Sequence record: HF562234.1
Strand: one strand, 5' to 3'
DNA: 32,000 nucleotides
The notes below the pieces were generated by a model. It did no database searches, had not been told where the DNA came from, and saw nothing but the letters and a program-made list of their open reading frames with translations. Below, piece after piece: positions 31,534 to 32,000 of this stretch; the first letter of the stretch is position 1; each line of letters begins with the position of its first letter. The translations under genes and the position numbers were made by a program.

Positions 31534-32000
31534 ATGTTAATAGCAGATGATTTAGATAAATTATTACAAATTTTGCCAGATTTTGTACGTAAACCCTTAG
31601 AAGAGCATTCTAGACGTAAAACCTTAATAGAAGTAGTTATGGATTTAGGCAGAAGACCTGAAGCGCGCTTTCCAGAAGGACCAGAATATTTATCTTCTAG
31701 GACTATATCGTGGCAAGATTTAAATTTTTGTATTAAAAAGATAGGTAATTTCGGTGAAGATAATAGGTCTGGAATAGAGCGTACTTTGCATAGAATCAGT
31801 TCTATTAGAAATAGAAAAGGTAATATTGTAGGTTTGACATGTAGAGTTGGTAGAGCAATTTTTGGAACAATAAGTATTATTCGTGATCTTTTAGAAAAAA
31901 GTCAATCATTGCTTTTACTGGGTAAACCAGGCGTAGGAAAAACTACAGCAATTAGAGAAATTGCTAGAGTTTTAGCAAATGAAATGGAAAAAAGAGTTGT
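31534..32000 (+). CDS. ycf45: ycf45-type AAA/P-loop ATPase; 5' part, runs off the right edge
   Basis: Hand-translated: [54 protein letters not shown]...[21 protein letters not shown]. It has a Walker A motif. There is no stop codon before the window ends, so it is absent from the ORF track. Confidence 0.82.
   Translation, partial: MLIADDLDKLLQILPDFVRKPLEEHSRRKTLIEVVMDLGRRPEARFPEGPEYLSSRTISWQDLNFCIKKIGNFGEDNRSGIERTLHRISSIRNRKGNIVGLTCRVGRAIFGTISIIRDLLEKSQSLLLLGKPGVGKTTAIREIARVLANEMEKRV

Overview
This window is a strongly AT-rich, intron-free stretch of a red-algal-type plastid genome. I recognise 48 protein-coding genes (47 with recognisable products and one unassigned 73-codon ORF) and 2 tRNAs. 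The core is a 29-gene ribosomal-protein super-cluster on the minus strand: rpl3-rpl4-rpl23-rpl2-rps19-rpl22-rps3-rpl16-rpl29-rps17-rpl14-rpl24-rpl5-rps8-rpl6-rpl18-rps5-secY-rpl36-rps13-rps11-rpoA-rpl13-rps9-rpl31-rps12-rps7-tufA-rps10. It is flanked by dnaK, trnG(GCC), psbZ, psbK-petG, rps14, psaB-psaA, accB, orf73 and ycf45 (partial) on one side. On the other side lie petF, a ycf38-like ABC-2 permease, the psbB-psbT/psbN/psbH block, psaE, ftsH and trnD(GUC). The gene content (accB, ycf38, ycf45, dnaK, ftsH, petF, psaE, rpl31, secY, tufA) and this cluster order match, from memory, rhodophyte plastids or close red-derived plastids. I cannot name the species. All catalytic and cofactor motifs I checked are intact, and the standard genetic code works throughout. 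I see no CRISPR array, transposase, integrase, defence genes or other accessory island, so this is an ordinary conserved core region and I do not claim a novel system. Five signals are worth a second look. (1) An 88-bp perfect palindrome fills the whole petF/rps10 spacer and includes both stop codons. (2) At least 1.16 kb of ORF-free DNA sits at the left edge of an otherwise compact genome. (3) Two mutually exclusive hairpins, one followed by a T-run, lie upstream of the heat-shock gene dnaK. (4) An unassigned 73-codon ORF lies upstream of accB. (5) A textbook TTGACA-17-TATAAT promoter lies inside the ribosomal super-cluster, just upstream of rps12. Promoter and hairpin calls are by-eye pattern matches in AT-rich DNA and carry low confidence.
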